Both the position numbers and the translations under genes were made by a program. 32,735 bases of DNA from an uncultured Methanosarcinales archaeon (GTDB lineage: Archaea; Nanobdellota; Nanobdellia; Woesearchaeales; JACPBV01), in the NCBI GenBank assembly GCA_964577685.1, contig CAZNZT010000012.1, forward strand, positions 1 through 32,735, written 5' to 3'. Within the stretch, counting starts at the first letter, position 1, and every line of letters begins with the position of its first letter. Below are positions 1 to 9,512 of the stretch, one piece after another. The notes under the pieces were generated by a model. That model saw nothing but the letters and a program-made list of their open reading frames with translations, was not told where the DNA came from and did no database searches.

Positions 1-9
1 AAATTTACT

Positions 10-190
10 TTGAATTTTTCCTCCGCTTCGCTACGGAACGTTGCACTAAAATTCAATCCCTAACAGGCGAGTTTAACAGGAATTTAACGATTCCAGAGCC
101 TTGCAGGCTCTTCCATCCAAATTTGATTTTCCAGCTCTGTTCCGCTTCGCTTCACGAGGGAAAATCAAACTTCGTTAAATTGCGATGTTA
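10..190. repeat. Nested palindromic element, attC-like or REP-like
   Basis: Outer arms TAACA(74-78)/TGTTA(186-190) and AATTTAACGA(81-90)/TCGTTAAATT(172-181). Inner stems AGAGCC(95-100)/GGCTCT(106-111) and TTTGATTTTCC(122-132)/GGAAAATCAAA(159-169). A separate stem TTGAATTTT(10-18)/AAAATTCAA(48-56). TCCGCTTCGCT occurs inside both larger stems (22-32, 141-151). Confidence 0.6.
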
Positions 191-220
191 CAACCCCAAC
201 ATATTCCAATTTATTTCTTT

Positions 221-235
221 CGAAATATTTATATA
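221..235 (+). promoter_or_regulatory. Archaeal BRE/TATA promoter of gatE, probably leaderless
   Basis: CGAAA followed by TTTATATA ending 22 nt before the ATG at 258; no SD. Confidence 0.6.
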
Positions 236-257
236 AAAAAGTAAATTCAAAAAACCT

Positions 258-1709
258 ATGGATGATACATACAAAATAGATTACAAAAAGTTAGAATTTA
301 AGTGTGGCTTAGAAATTCACCAACAGCTAAGTGGAAAGAAATTGTTCTGTGATTGCCCTACTATAAACAGCAATAAAGAGCCAGACATAAAAATAGAAAG
401 AAAGCTTAGGGCTGTTGCTGGAGAAACAGGTGAAATAGATGAAGCAGCAAAGCACGAAATGAAGAAAGGAAAAAAGATTATATACACCGCAAATTCTGAA
501 GACACATGTTTGGTAGAATATGATGAAGAACCACCTCACCAGATAAATCAAAAAGCACTAGATACAGCACTCCAAGTAGCAGTACTTCTTAATGCAAAAA
601 TTGTAAATGAAATCCAAGTAATGAGGAAAACAGTGGTAGATGGCAGCAATACATCTGGATTTCAAAGAACAGCCTTGATAGCAACTGACGGTTACATAGA
701 AACATCAAAAGGAAAAGTAGGCATATCAACTATCTGTCTAGAAGAAGAAGCTGCCCAAAAAATAAGGGAAGACAATAAATCAATAACCTATAAACTAGAC
801 CGGTTGGGCATACCATTAATAGAAATTGGTACAACATCAGAAATTAAGGACCCAGAACATGCAAAGGAAGTTGCAGCACATCTAGGTATGATTTTAAGAA
901 GCACTGGAGCATGCAAAAGAGGTATAGGAACAATACGACAAGATGTAAATATATCCATAAAAGGAGGGGCAAGGACAGAAATAAAAGGGTTCCAAGATTT
1001 AAGGAGCATTGTAAAAGTAATTGAGAACGAAGTAAAGAGGCAACTAGGGTTAATAAAAAAAGGAAAAAAGATAAAAGAAGAAGTAAGAAAAGCAGAGCCA
1101 GATTTTACAACATCCTTTCTAAGACCAATGCCCGGAGCAGCAAGAATGTATCCTGAAACGGATGTCCCACCGATTCTTATAACAAAGGAAAGAATAGAAG
1201 AAATAAAGGTACCAGAACTTATTTCAGAAAAAATAGAGAAGATAACAAAGAAATACAAAATAACAAGAGACCTATCAAAAGAATTAGTAAAAACAAACAG
1301 ACTAGTATTGTTTGAAAAACTAACAAAAAAGTTCAAAAAAATAAATCCCTCATTCATAGCCTCCACATTAATCTCCACAACAAGGGAAATAAAAAGAAAA
1401 TTCAACATAGATACAAATAAAATAAGTGAAAAGGAATTTGAAGATATATTTTTCTATCTAAACGAAGATAAAATAAATAAAGATGCAATCATAAACATAT
1501 TAATAGACTGTGCAAAAGGAACTCTTGACATAGATAAATATAAAAAAATCAAGAAAGAAGAGTTAGAAGAAGGCATAAAAAAGATAATAAGAGAAAAAAA
1601 AGGATTATCAGTAGGAGCATATATGGGAATTATCATGAACAAATATAAGGGAAAAGTAAGTGGAAAAGAGGCAATAGAGATACTAAAAAAACTCTTAAAA
1701 GATTCCTAA
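258..1709 (+). CDS. gatE: Glu-tRNA(Gln) amidotransferase subunit GatE, short form without the AspRS-like insertion
   Basis: Motifs GLEIHQQL, KLFC, DEEPPH, MRKTVVDGSNTSGFQRT, LDRLGIPLIEI, RGIGTIRQDVNISI, RPMPGAARMYPETD, and a Yqey-like tail (MGIIMNKYKGKVSGK). Confidence 0.93.
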   Translation: MDDTYKIDYKKLEFKCGLEIHQQLSGKKLFCDCPTINSNKEPDIKIERKLRAVAGETGEIDEAAKHEMKKGKKIIYTANSEDTCLVEYDEEPPHQINQKALDTALQVAVLLNAKIVNEIQVMRKTVVDGSNTSGFQRTALIATDGYIETSKGKVGISTICLEEEAAQKIREDNKSITYKLDRLGIPLIEIGTTSEIKDPEHAKEVAAHLGMILRSTGACKRGIGTIRQDVNISIKGGARTEIKGFQDLRSIVKVIENEVKRQLGLIKKGKKIKEEVRKAEPDFTTSFLRPMPGAARMYPETDVPPILITKERIEEIKVPELISEKIEKITKKYKITRDLSKELVKTNRLVLFEKLTKKFKKINPSFIASTLISTTREIKRKFNIDTNKISEKEFEDIFFYLNEDKINKDAIINILIDCAKGTLDIDKYKKIKKEELEEGIKKIIREKKGLSVGAYMGIIMNKYKGKVSGKEAIEILKKLLKDS

Positions 1710-1720
1710 AAATAACACAG

Positions 1721-2983
1721 TTACTTATTTTTCTTACCGCCTATCTTTATAGAACAAAACTTTCCACACATAGAACAAACACTGGGATCATCGGGTTTGC
1801 ACCTTTCTCTTATCTTTTTAGCCTTCTCTGGATCAATAGAATTTCTGAACATCTCATCCCAATCAAGATTCATTCTAGCCTCTGAAATCTTATCATCCAA
1901 AATTCTCGCTCCTTTAATTCCCTTCGCTATATCCGCAGCATGGGCTGCTATTTTTGCTGCAACAACCCCCTCCCTAACATCCTCAACATCTGGTAATCCA
2001 AGATGCTCTGCTGGAGTCACAAAACAAAGAAAATCTGCACCATGCATGGCAGCAACTGCACCACCTATAGCAGATGTTATGTGGTCATACCCTGGCGCAA
2101 TATCAGTAACCAAAGGACCTAAAACATAAAACGGAGCTTGATTACATCTCTCCTTCTCAAGTTTAACATTCATTTCTATTTGATCTATTGGAACATGGCC
2201 AGGACCCTCTATCATAGATTGAACATTCTCTTCAAAAGCTACCTTCTGTAATTCACCCAATTTCTGGAGCTCATATAACTGTGCCTTATCTGTTGCATCC
2301 TTTAAACAACCAGGCCTTAATGCATCACCTAAACTCAAGGTAACATCATACTTTTTTGACCAAAATAAAATCTTATCAAAATTCTCATATAAAGGATTTT
2401 CTCTGTTATTATGCCTCATCCACTCTAACAAAAAAGAACCTCCTCTACTCACAACACCAAGAAGTCTTTTCTCACATAACTTTATAGAATCTTTAGTAAT
2501 ACCACAATGGACTGTAATAAAATCAACACCATCAAGAATATGCTTTTTTATTACCCTAATTAAGTCCTTCTCTTCCAAATCAACAATAGAACCCCTCTCA
2601 ATCGCTGCTTGGTATATAGGAACTGTTCCAACAGGAATAGAAGAATTCCTAATAATACTTCTCCTTATGGAATCAATATCACCACCAGTACTTAAATCCA
2701 TTACTGTGTCAGCCCCATATTTTATGGCTACTCTTAATTTTTCTAGCTCATAGTTAATATCTGATTTAGCAGGAGAACTACCAATATTAGCATTAACCTT
2801 TGTCCTCAAACCATACCCAATCCCAATTGGTTCTAAACCATTGTGCAGAGTAGAAGCAGGAATCACAATCTTTCCCTCAGCTATATTCTTCACCAACCAT
2901 TTAACCCTTACACCTTCTCTCTTCGCAACTGCCTCCATTTCACCACTTACATCATTAAACTTTGCCTTTTCTAGTTTAGTCAT
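1721..2983 (-). CDS. thiC: Phosphomethylpyrimidine synthase ThiC
   Basis: KVNANIGSS, GADTVMDLSTGG, GTVPIYQ, SRGGS, LSLGDALRPG, EGPGH, PFYVLGPLVTDIAPGYDHI, and C-terminal CSMCGKFC (CX2CX4C-type Fe-S region). Confidence 0.97.
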   Translation of the reverse strand: MTKLEKAKFNDVSGEMEAVAKREGVRVKWLVKNIAEGKIVIPASTLHNGLEPIGIGYGLRTKVNANIGSSPAKSDINYELEKLRVAIKYGADTVMDLSTGGDIDSIRRSIIRNSSIPVGTVPIYQAAIERGSIVDLEEKDLIRVIKKHILDGVDFITVHCGITKDSIKLCEKRLLGVVSRGGSFLLEWMRHNNRENPLYENFDKILFWSKKYDVTLSLGDALRPGCLKDATDKAQLYELQKLGELQKVAFEENVQSMIEGPGHVPIDQIEMNVKLEKERCNQAPFYVLGPLVTDIAPGYDHITSAIGGAVAAMHGADFLCFVTPAEHLGLPDVEDVREGVVAAKIAAHAADIAKGIKGARILDDKISEARMNLDWDEMFRNSIDPEKAKKIRERCKPDDPSVCSMCGKFCSIKIGGKKNK

Positions 2984-2992
2984 TTTATCTAT

Positions 2993-3634
2993 TTACCTAT
3001 CCCTCTTTGTTTTTTTTATTATATCAATAAACCTCCTACACTCAGACTCAACATCATCTTTAGTTACTATTGCAGAGATTGCAGCGACAGAATCTGCACC
3101 AGCAAGGATAACATCCCTAAGATTACCTAAAGAGATTCCCCCAATAGCAACAATTGGTATATTGACTTTTGCCTTAACATCTCTTATTAGGGTTAATCCC
3201 CCAGGTTTACCTGCATCTGGTTTTGTTTTTGTTTCAAAAATTGGACTTAAACCAATATAATCGGCATTAAATTCTTCAGCCTTAAGAGCCTCATTGGCAT
3301 TATGGACAGTCACACCAATTACCTTACTGCCCAACAACCTTCTGGCTGTCTCATAAGGCATATCATCCTGACCAAGATGGACGCCATCAGCATCAACAGC
3401 CAGACAAATATCCACTCTATCATTAATTAAAAATAAAACATTGTTCTTATCACATAATTCTTTTATTCTTTTTGCTTCCTCGCACACTAACCTCGTTGGT
3501 TTCTCTTTCTCTCTATATTGCACAACCTTAACGCCAGCTTCTATCGCTGCCCTAACATCGTCAAAAATAGTTTTTTTAGTTAACTTAGCATCTGTGATAA
3601 AATAAAGGTCTATGCTATCTATCTTTGGTTTCAT
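2993..3634 (-). CDS. thiE: Thiamine-phosphate synthase ThiE (start placed at MKPKID, 3634)
   Basis: [53 protein letters not shown]. The K/R-rich extension to 3712 is an alternate frame of the thiM tail. Confidence 0.95.
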   Translation of the reverse strand: MKPKIDSIDLYFITDAKLTKKTIFDDVRAAIEAGVKVVQYREKEKPTRLVCEEAKRIKELCDKNNVLFLINDRVDICLAVDADGVHLGQDDMPYETARRLLGSKVIGVTVHNANEALKAEEFNADYIGLSPIFETKTKPDAGKPGGLTLIRDVKAKVNIPIVAIGGISLGNLRDVILAGADSVAAISAIVTKDDVESECRRFIDIIKKTKRDR

Positions 3635-4853
3635 CTTTGCTATCTTCTTCTTTTTTGAGCTCTTTTTCTTTTTCCTCTTTTCTCTCTTCTGCCTTTTCCT
3701 GCTCCTTCTCAATGTTCTCTATTGCTACCTCTTCTTTTTTTATTTCATCTGATAAGAGCTCTTCTTTCTTTTCAAGTTGCCCTTCCTCTTTTTCAAGCTT
3801 CTTAACTACATCCTCCTCTTTCTCAATCTCTTCTGCCTTTTCTTTTATTTCCTCTTCTATTTTTTCCTCTTCTTTCAGAATAGCTTCTTCTTGTTTTTCA
3901 ATCTCTTTTTCAATCTCTTCCTTCTCCTGCTCTAATTTCTTAATCTTCTTCTTTTTCTTCTCCTCAATCTTTTCCAACTTTTCTATTGTCTTCTCTTCTT
4001 TCTTTATTTCCTGCTTAAGCTCCTCCTTTGTTTTTTCCTCTTTTTCCTTCTTAGTAATTCTTTTCTCTTCTAGCCTCTTCATCTCATCTATGTCGCTCTC
4101 GTCAAGATTAAAAAGCTCATCATAAAAAGCAGACTTATAACTCCCTGGCCCACTTCCTAATCTGGAAGCAAGCTCACCTGCAATCCCAAAAACAACTAAT
4201 GCCGATGCTGCAGCCTTAGCATAATTCTTCTCAACAGCTGCAAAACATCCTATAACAGAAGCAACCATACATCCTGTCCCCACAAACTTGCCTAGCATAT
4301 CATGGCCATTCTTGCATATATAAAGGACTTTACCATCTGTTACTATATCCTCCTTCCCTGTAACTACAACAGTAGCCTTTTTTTCAAGAGCCAATCTCAC
4401 AGCAATCTCAATAAGGTCAGACTCAACCTGCGAAGCTTCAACGCCTCTTGTTTTTACATCCTCTCCCGCAAGCTTTGCAATCTCAGAGACATTCCCCTTT
4501 ATAATATCCACCCTTACCTCATTCAATATTTCATTCGCTTTATCTTCTCTAAGCTTAGTAGCTCCAACGCCCACTACATCCAAAACAACAGGTATTCCTT
4601 TTTCATTAGCAGATTTACCCGCTAATTTCATAGATTCTACTAACTCTGTTGTTAGGGTACCTATATTCAAGACCAGTGCAGATGCCATCCTAGTCATGTC
4701 TGCTGCTTCCTCTTTTGCATGAGCCATCACAGGCAGAGCTCCAATAGCCCTAACAACATTGGCACAATCATAAATTGTTACCCAATTTGTTATATGGTGT
4801 ATCAAAGGCTTTTCTTCTCTAATCTTGGCCAATAATTCCGAAGTTTCACTCAT
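3615..4853 (-). CDS. thiM: Hydroxyethylthiazole kinase ThiM with a long C-terminal Glu/Lys helical extension
   Basis: [64 protein letters not shown] (4861-4868) precedes the ATG at 4853. The tail spans about 3615-4080. Confidence 0.93.
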   Translation of the reverse strand: MSETSELLAKIREEKPLIHHITNWVTIYDCANVVRAIGALPVMAHAKEEAADMTRMASALVLNIGTLTTELVESMKLAGKSANEKGIPVVLDVVGVGATKLREDKANEILNEVRVDIIKGNVSEIAKLAGEDVKTRGVEASQVESDLIEIAVRLALEKKATVVVTGKEDIVTDGKVLYICKNGHDMLGKFVGTGCMVASVIGCFAAVEKNYAKAAASALVVFGIAGELASRLGSGPGSYKSAFYDELFNLDESDIDEMKRLEEKRITKKEKEEKTKEELKQEIKKEEKTIEKLEKIEEKKKKKIKKLEQEKEEIEKEIEKQEEAILKEEEKIEEEIKEKAEEIEKEEDVVKKLEKEEGQLEKKEELLSDEIKKEEVAIENIEKEQEKAEERKEEKEKELKKEEDSKDETKDR

Positions 4854-4906
4854 ATTTATCCTCCTCCTAAACAATAATCATGAACAACTAAGGGGATACA
4901 AAGCCA

Positions 4907-4921
4907 TTTTAAAAGTTTTCC
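4907..4921 (-). promoter_or_regulatory. Putative BRE/TATA of the thiMEC operon
   Basis: Minus strand GGAAAACTTTTAAAA, embedded in a direct repeat CCATTTTAAAA (4904-4914, 4920-4930). Confidence 0.45.
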
Positions 4922-4998
4922 ATTTTAAAAACAAGAATGTGCCCACTTAGGAATGATATAATAAATCTTAAATAATAGTAAACAAGAAATAAATAATC

Positions 4999-6789
4999 AT
5001 GGAAGAAAAAACAAAACCTAAGGCGGATTTCTTATTTGAAATAAGCTGGGAAGTCTGCAACAAAGTGGGTGGAATAAATACAGTAATAAAGTCTAAAGCA
5101 GCAAAGATGATAGAACACTACAACCATAACTATTGCATGATAGGTCCCTTCTTTCCAAGCAAAACAAGTGAGTTTGAAGAAACACTACCAAGGGAGGATA
5201 TAAAAAAAGCTTTTGAAGAACTAAAAAAAGAGGGAGTAACCTGCCACTATGGAAAATGGCTAATTGAAAGTAAGCCACAAACAATACTAATTGATTTTCC
5301 AAGAGACTATAATAAGATTAATGCCATTAAATGGGAGCTATGGGAAAAATTTAAGATAGACTCCCTCAGGGCTGGTTATGACTATGATGAGCCACTGTTA
5401 TGGGGCTATTATGTTGGAAAATTATTAGAAAAGCTTTCTGGTCTAAAGAAGAGGGTGGTTGCGCACTTCCATGAATGGTTAAGTGGTTCTGCCATATTGT
5501 ATCTAAAAGAAAAGAATGTGAATATAGCAACAGTCTTTACAACGCATGCCACAGTCCTTGGTAGAACGCTAGCAAGCAATAACATTGACTTCTACTCAAT
5601 ATGGGATATGATAAACAAGAATGAAGAAATCTACAAATTCTGGGTTGAATCAAAGCACTTACTAGAATCTGCATCAGCTAATAACGCAGATGTATTTACA
5701 ACAGTCAGCGAGATAACAGCAATGGAAGCAGAAAATTTTCTCAACAAAAAACCAGATATAATATCCCCAAATGGTTTAGACATAGAGAAGTTCCCAACAT
5801 TTGAAGAAGCAACAATACAACACAGAAAAAATAGAGAAAAAATAAGGGAATTTTTACTCTATTACTTCTTTCCATACTATTCGTTTGATTTAGAGAACAC
5901 ACTATTCTATTTCCTAACTGGAAGACATGAACTAAGAGACAAAGGAATAGACATATTTATAAGCTCTCTTGGAAGACTAAACAAAATCCTAAAACAAAAA
6001 AGGTCTAATAAAACAATAGTAGCCTTTGTTTGGGTGCCTGCTAACATAAAGGGAATCAAACCAGAGCTTCTGGAGAACAGAACTTTCTTCAAAGACATAA
6101 AAGACATAATTGATGATGAAACAGAAAACATAAAACATAGAATAATCTACAATATCGTCTCTGAAAAGAGAATCAGCGAAAGGAAGATATTCAACAAATC
6201 AGATTTACTAGAAATAAAAAAGAAGGTAGTAAGATTAAAAAAAGAAGGTTTACCGCCAATTATAACCCACGAGCTATATGATGAAAATGATGACATACTC
6301 AACAAAATCAAGGAAACAAAACTCAAGAATAGCAAAGAGGACAGAGTAAAGATTATATTTTATCCGATATACTTAAGTGGAGCAGACGGTCTTCTTGACC
6401 TCAGTTATTATGAGGCAATAGGGGGATGCCATCTCGGTATCTTTCCATCATTTTATGAGCCATGGGGTTACACGCCATTGGAGGCAAGCACACTTGGCAT
6501 TTCATCTATCACTACTGACCTTGCTGGTTTCGGTAGGTATATAAAAAACCTACCAAAATCCCCAAAAAATCCTGGAATATATATAATAAAAAGATTCAAA
6601 AAAAGAGACGAAGAAATCATACGAGAATTAACAAAAATAATGTGGGACTACACAAAACTATCAAAACAAGATAGAATCGCAAATAGGATGGAAGCAAGAA
6701 GACTAGCTTCAACCGCTGATTGGAAATTCTTCATAAAAAAGTATATAGAAGCACATAATCTAGCAATAAAAAGAAGATTCAATTATTAG
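4999..6789 (+). CDS. Glycogen synthase, GT3 family
   Basis: FEISWEVCNKVGGINTVIKSKA, AHFHEW, FTTHATVLGR, ADVFTTVSEIT, GCHLGIFPSFYEPWGYTPLE. Confidence 0.93.
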   Translation: MEEKTKPKADFLFEISWEVCNKVGGINTVIKSKAAKMIEHYNHNYCMIGPFFPSKTSEFEETLPREDIKKAFEELKKEGVTCHYGKWLIESKPQTILIDFPRDYNKINAIKWELWEKFKIDSLRAGYDYDEPLLWGYYVGKLLEKLSGLKKRVVAHFHEWLSGSAILYLKEKNVNIATVFTTHATVLGRTLASNNIDFYSIWDMINKNEEIYKFWVESKHLLESASANNADVFTTVSEITAMEAENFLNKKPDIISPNGLDIEKFPTFEEATIQHRKNREKIREFLLYYFFPYYSFDLENTLFYFLTGRHELRDKGIDIFISSLGRLNKILKQKRSNKTIVAFVWVPANIKGIKPELLENRTFFKDIKDIIDDETENIKHRIIYNIVSEKRISERKIFNKSDLLEIKKKVVRLKKEGLPPIITHELYDENDDILNKIKETKLKNSKEDRVKIIFYPIYLSGADGLLDLSYYEAIGGCHLGIFPSFYEPWGYTPLEASTLGISSITTDLAGFGRYIKNLPKSPKNPGIYIIKRFKKRDEEIIRELTKIMWDYTKLSKQDRIANRMEARRLASTADWKFFIKKYIEAHNLAIKRRFNY

Positions 6790-6797
6790 GATTCCAA

Positions 6798-8570
6798 ATG
6801 GAACTTGTACATTCTATACTAAATGAAAAAATAAAAAAGCAGATAGCAGACGAGGAGCAGATTGGTTTTCTTCTCACTAACAAAGAAGGTGGTTATTGTT
6901 GGTTAAATGAAAAAACAAAAAGCAGGTATCAAGGAATATTCTTTAACATACAAGGGAATATGTATAAGGTAATAGAGGAAATAAAAACAAATGGAGGAAA
7001 AATAAAATCAATAAGAAATAATTTTTTCAATATAGAGGTAAAGAGAGAAAAGCTAACTGAGATATTCTTTATGCCATTCCATCTTAATACGCTAGTATAT
7101 GAATTAAACAAAGAAGGAGAAATAGAAATCATCCTTGACATAAGAGAGAGTTATTCCTGTCCGGAATGGAACAGATTCTTCAACATATATGAAGAAGACA
7201 GTAAGATAATAATAAAATACAATCATAATGGTTTTGAGGCATACCTTGTGATAAGTACTATACCTTCCTTAAATTACAAAGTGATAGGGAAGTGGTTCAA
7301 AAGAGAATACAGCTATGACAAAAAAAGAAAATCACCACCATTCGAAAGGTATGTCTATTCAGCAATAAGAACAAAATCAAAAAGAATTGTGCTTAGCTTC
7401 TCAAACAACAAAGAAGAAGCAGTAAAAGAAAATACGCAAGTACTAAACAACTTAAAAACCTTAAAAGAAAAACAAAAAAAATTTTTTACAGAGCTATATA
7501 AAAAAAATAGCATAATAAAAAGAATCAAAAACAAAAAAATAGTACTAGCATACATCTCTGCACTAAGTTCTCTTGAAAACCTGATAATAGAAAAAGAAAA
7601 TAAAAGAGGAATATATGCTGGTTTACCTTGGTTCTTCCAATTCTGGACTAGAGATGAACTAATATCAATAAAAGCATTAAGTTTAAACAAAAAAAATAAT
7701 TTAATTAAGGATATAATCAACAAAACACTAAAGAATATAAGGAAAGATGGCACGATACCAAATATGTTTCCAGACTCCAGTCTAAGTAGTGCAGATGCTA
7801 TCGGTTGGCTATTCAAAGGAATAGAACTCCTAAAAAGAGAGGAAATAAAAAAAATAAAAGAAAATCTAAAAAGACTAGTTGACCTCCTAATAGAGCATCA
7901 AACAAAAGATTATTTTGCAATAAACAAAGCACTAGAAACATGGATGGACTCATCATATAACAATGATACTAGAGAAGGAGTAAGAATTGAGATACAAGCA
8001 TTCAGGCTAAATATTTATAGATTTATGTACAATCTAACAAAAGAAACAAGATACCTAGAATATGAAATAAAATTAAAGGAAAAAGTAAGAAGGCATCTGT
8101 GGAATGGAATGATACTGGCAGATGGATTGAACGACTACACCATAAGACCAAACATATTCATTGCTGCTTATACTTACCCATTCCTTCTAACAATAGATGA
8201 ATGGGAAAGATGTTTTGAAAACGCCTTAAGCAAATTATGGCTCAAGTGGGGAGGACTATCAACAATAGATAAAGACAATCTACTCTTTTCAGAAGAGTAC
8301 AGCGGAGAAGACAATAAAAGTTATCACAGGGGTGACTCATGGTTCTGGCTTAATAATCTATCAGCGATTGCATTGCATAAAACAAACAAAAAAAAATTCA
8401 AGAAATACATAAAAGAAATACTAAACGCCTCAACAGAAGAAATTCTCTACAAAGGAGCAATAGGGAATGCCTCAGAATTAAGTTCTGCCAAAAAACTAGA
8501 AAGCAATGGTTGTATATGCCAAGCATTTAGTAATGCGTTATTTATTGAATTAGTACATGAGTTATTTTAA
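6798..8570 (+). CDS. Amylo-alpha-1,6-glucosidase (glycogen debranching enzyme, GH133-like)
   Basis: FLLTNKEGGY N-terminus, AGLPWFFQFWTRDELIS, TWMD, IRPN, YHRGDSWFW, QAFS; 8 nt downstream of glycogen synthase. Confidence 0.88.
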   Translation: MELVHSILNEKIKKQIADEEQIGFLLTNKEGGYCWLNEKTKSRYQGIFFNIQGNMYKVIEEIKTNGGKIKSIRNNFFNIEVKREKLTEIFFMPFHLNTLVYELNKEGEIEIILDIRESYSCPEWNRFFNIYEEDSKIIIKYNHNGFEAYLVISTIPSLNYKVIGKWFKREYSYDKKRKSPPFERYVYSAIRTKSKRIVLSFSNNKEEAVKENTQVLNNLKTLKEKQKKFFTELYKKNSIIKRIKNKKIVLAYISALSSLENLIIEKENKRGIYAGLPWFFQFWTRDELISIKALSLNKKNNLIKDIINKTLKNIRKDGTIPNMFPDSSLSSADAIGWLFKGIELLKREEIKKIKENLKRLVDLLIEHQTKDYFAINKALETWMDSSYNNDTREGVRIEIQAFRLNIYRFMYNLTKETRYLEYEIKLKEKVRRHLWNGMILADGLNDYTIRPNIFIAAYTYPFLLTIDEWERCFENALSKLWLKWGGLSTIDKDNLLFSEEYSGEDNKSYHRGDSWFWLNNLSAIALHKTNKKKFKKYIKEILNASTEEILYKGAIGNASELSSAKKLESNGCICQAFSNALFIELVHELF

Positions 8571-8583
8571 ATCTAGAAATAAA

Positions 8584-8913
8584 CTACCTAACCTTCATCC
8601 CATTAAACTCAAAAACCTTTCCATTCTTGTCTATCTTAACAACCAAGTCATTATCCTTTGTTTCATTTCCGACTTTTGATTCAATATGCAGAATAACAAC
8701 CCAATGTCTATTTTCCTCGTAACTTTTGATTTTGCTTATATTATAAGAACCTAAATCCATACTGCCGCCCTCTCCTTTAGCAAAAAACTTAACCCGTGTT
8801 CTGATAAAACCTCTAGCTATTCCCTCAGCATCTTTTTTACTTATTTTTGAACAAGCAATGATAAACAAAAAACAAAAAAACAAACTAAACACCATCCTAA
8901 GCATTCTTCTCAT
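8584..8913 (-). CDS. Small putative lipoprotein, hypothetical
   Basis: Basic N-terminus, hydrophobic stretch and lipobox-like IIAC; lies in a tightly spaced minus-strand run. Confidence 0.7.
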   Translation of the reverse strand: MRRMLRMVFSLFFCFLFIIACSKISKKDAEGIARGFIRTRVKFFAKGEGGSMDLGSYNISKIKSYEENRHWVVILHIESKVGNETKDNDLVVKIDKNGKVFEFNGMKVR

Positions 8914-8934
8914 TTTGCTTAACTATGCTAGTTA

Positions 8935-9189
8935 TTACCTTCTTAGTTTACCTATTGCACCAAAAATATTCCTGATATTTAAAAATATTCTACTTAATAT
9001 GCCTTTTTTCTTGCCTTTTTCATAAAGAGCAAGATATTCTTCCCTAAGCTGCCTCATCTTTTCTTTATATTCCTGCTCCAATCTTTTCCTTTCACCCTCA
9101 TCACCAACTTTACTAAGCTCTTCTAAATACCTACTAAAAAATTCCTGTTTCTTCTCCTCATACCAATCATCAATCTCACCTACTTCCAT
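8935..9189 (-). CDS. Small charged helical hypothetical protein
   Basis: 84-aa ORF with E/K helices and an amphipathic C-terminus; 17-21 nt from its neighbours. Confidence 0.7.
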   Translation of the reverse strand: MEVGEIDDWYEEKKQEFFSRYLEELSKVGDEGERKRLEQEYKEKMRQLREEYLALYEKGKKKGILSRIFLNIRNIFGAIGKLRR

Positions 9190-9206
9190 CTTCTGCCACT
9201 ACCAAA

Positions 9207-9512
9207 CTAACCTAAGTTATCAAAAAAACTCTTTTTACAAAAGCATTTACAAAGATTGCATCCAACACTTCTTTCCTTAAATTCAACCCTGCTATACTTT
9301 AACTCTTTAATTCCACATTGACTCTTGCATCTCATCTCACAAGCAGATTCATCCTGTACTGTATGTGATATAAAATTCATAATAGGTCCACACCTATCCT
9401 TTATCTCAAAAGATTCCTCCTTAAATCCAATACTAAAAAAAAGCCCCAATACAAGAGCTAATAAACCACCAATAACAAACCATGGCAAATATCCTTTAAT
9501 CGATTTTTTCAT
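9207..9512 (-). CDS. Membrane-anchored small protein with an 8-cysteine extracellular domain
   Basis: One N-terminal TM, then C..CX3CX3C..GCX2CXCXC; 4-nt overlap with the upstream gene. Confidence 0.75.
   Translation of the reverse strand: MKKSIKGYLPWFVIGGLLALVLGLFFSIGFKEESFEIKDRCGPIMNFISHTVQDESACEMRCKSQCGIKELKYSRVEFKERSVGCNLCKCFCKKSFFDNLG

Noticed and set aside
3635..3712. K/R-rich N-terminal extension of ThiE from the ORF track
   Set aside because: Alternate reading frame of the purine-rich thiM tail; ThiE similarity begins at MKPKID (3634).
3625..4125. Ser/Phe-rich 166-aa plus-strand ORF and other antisense ORFs (e.g. 788-1408, 7355-7816, 14250-14567)
   Set aside because: Shadow ORFs opposite well-supported genes, explained by their codon bias.
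4854..4998. TPP riboswitch upstream of thiM
   Set aside because: No CUGAGA or other conserved TPP aptamer elements on the minus strand; the region is short and AT-rich.
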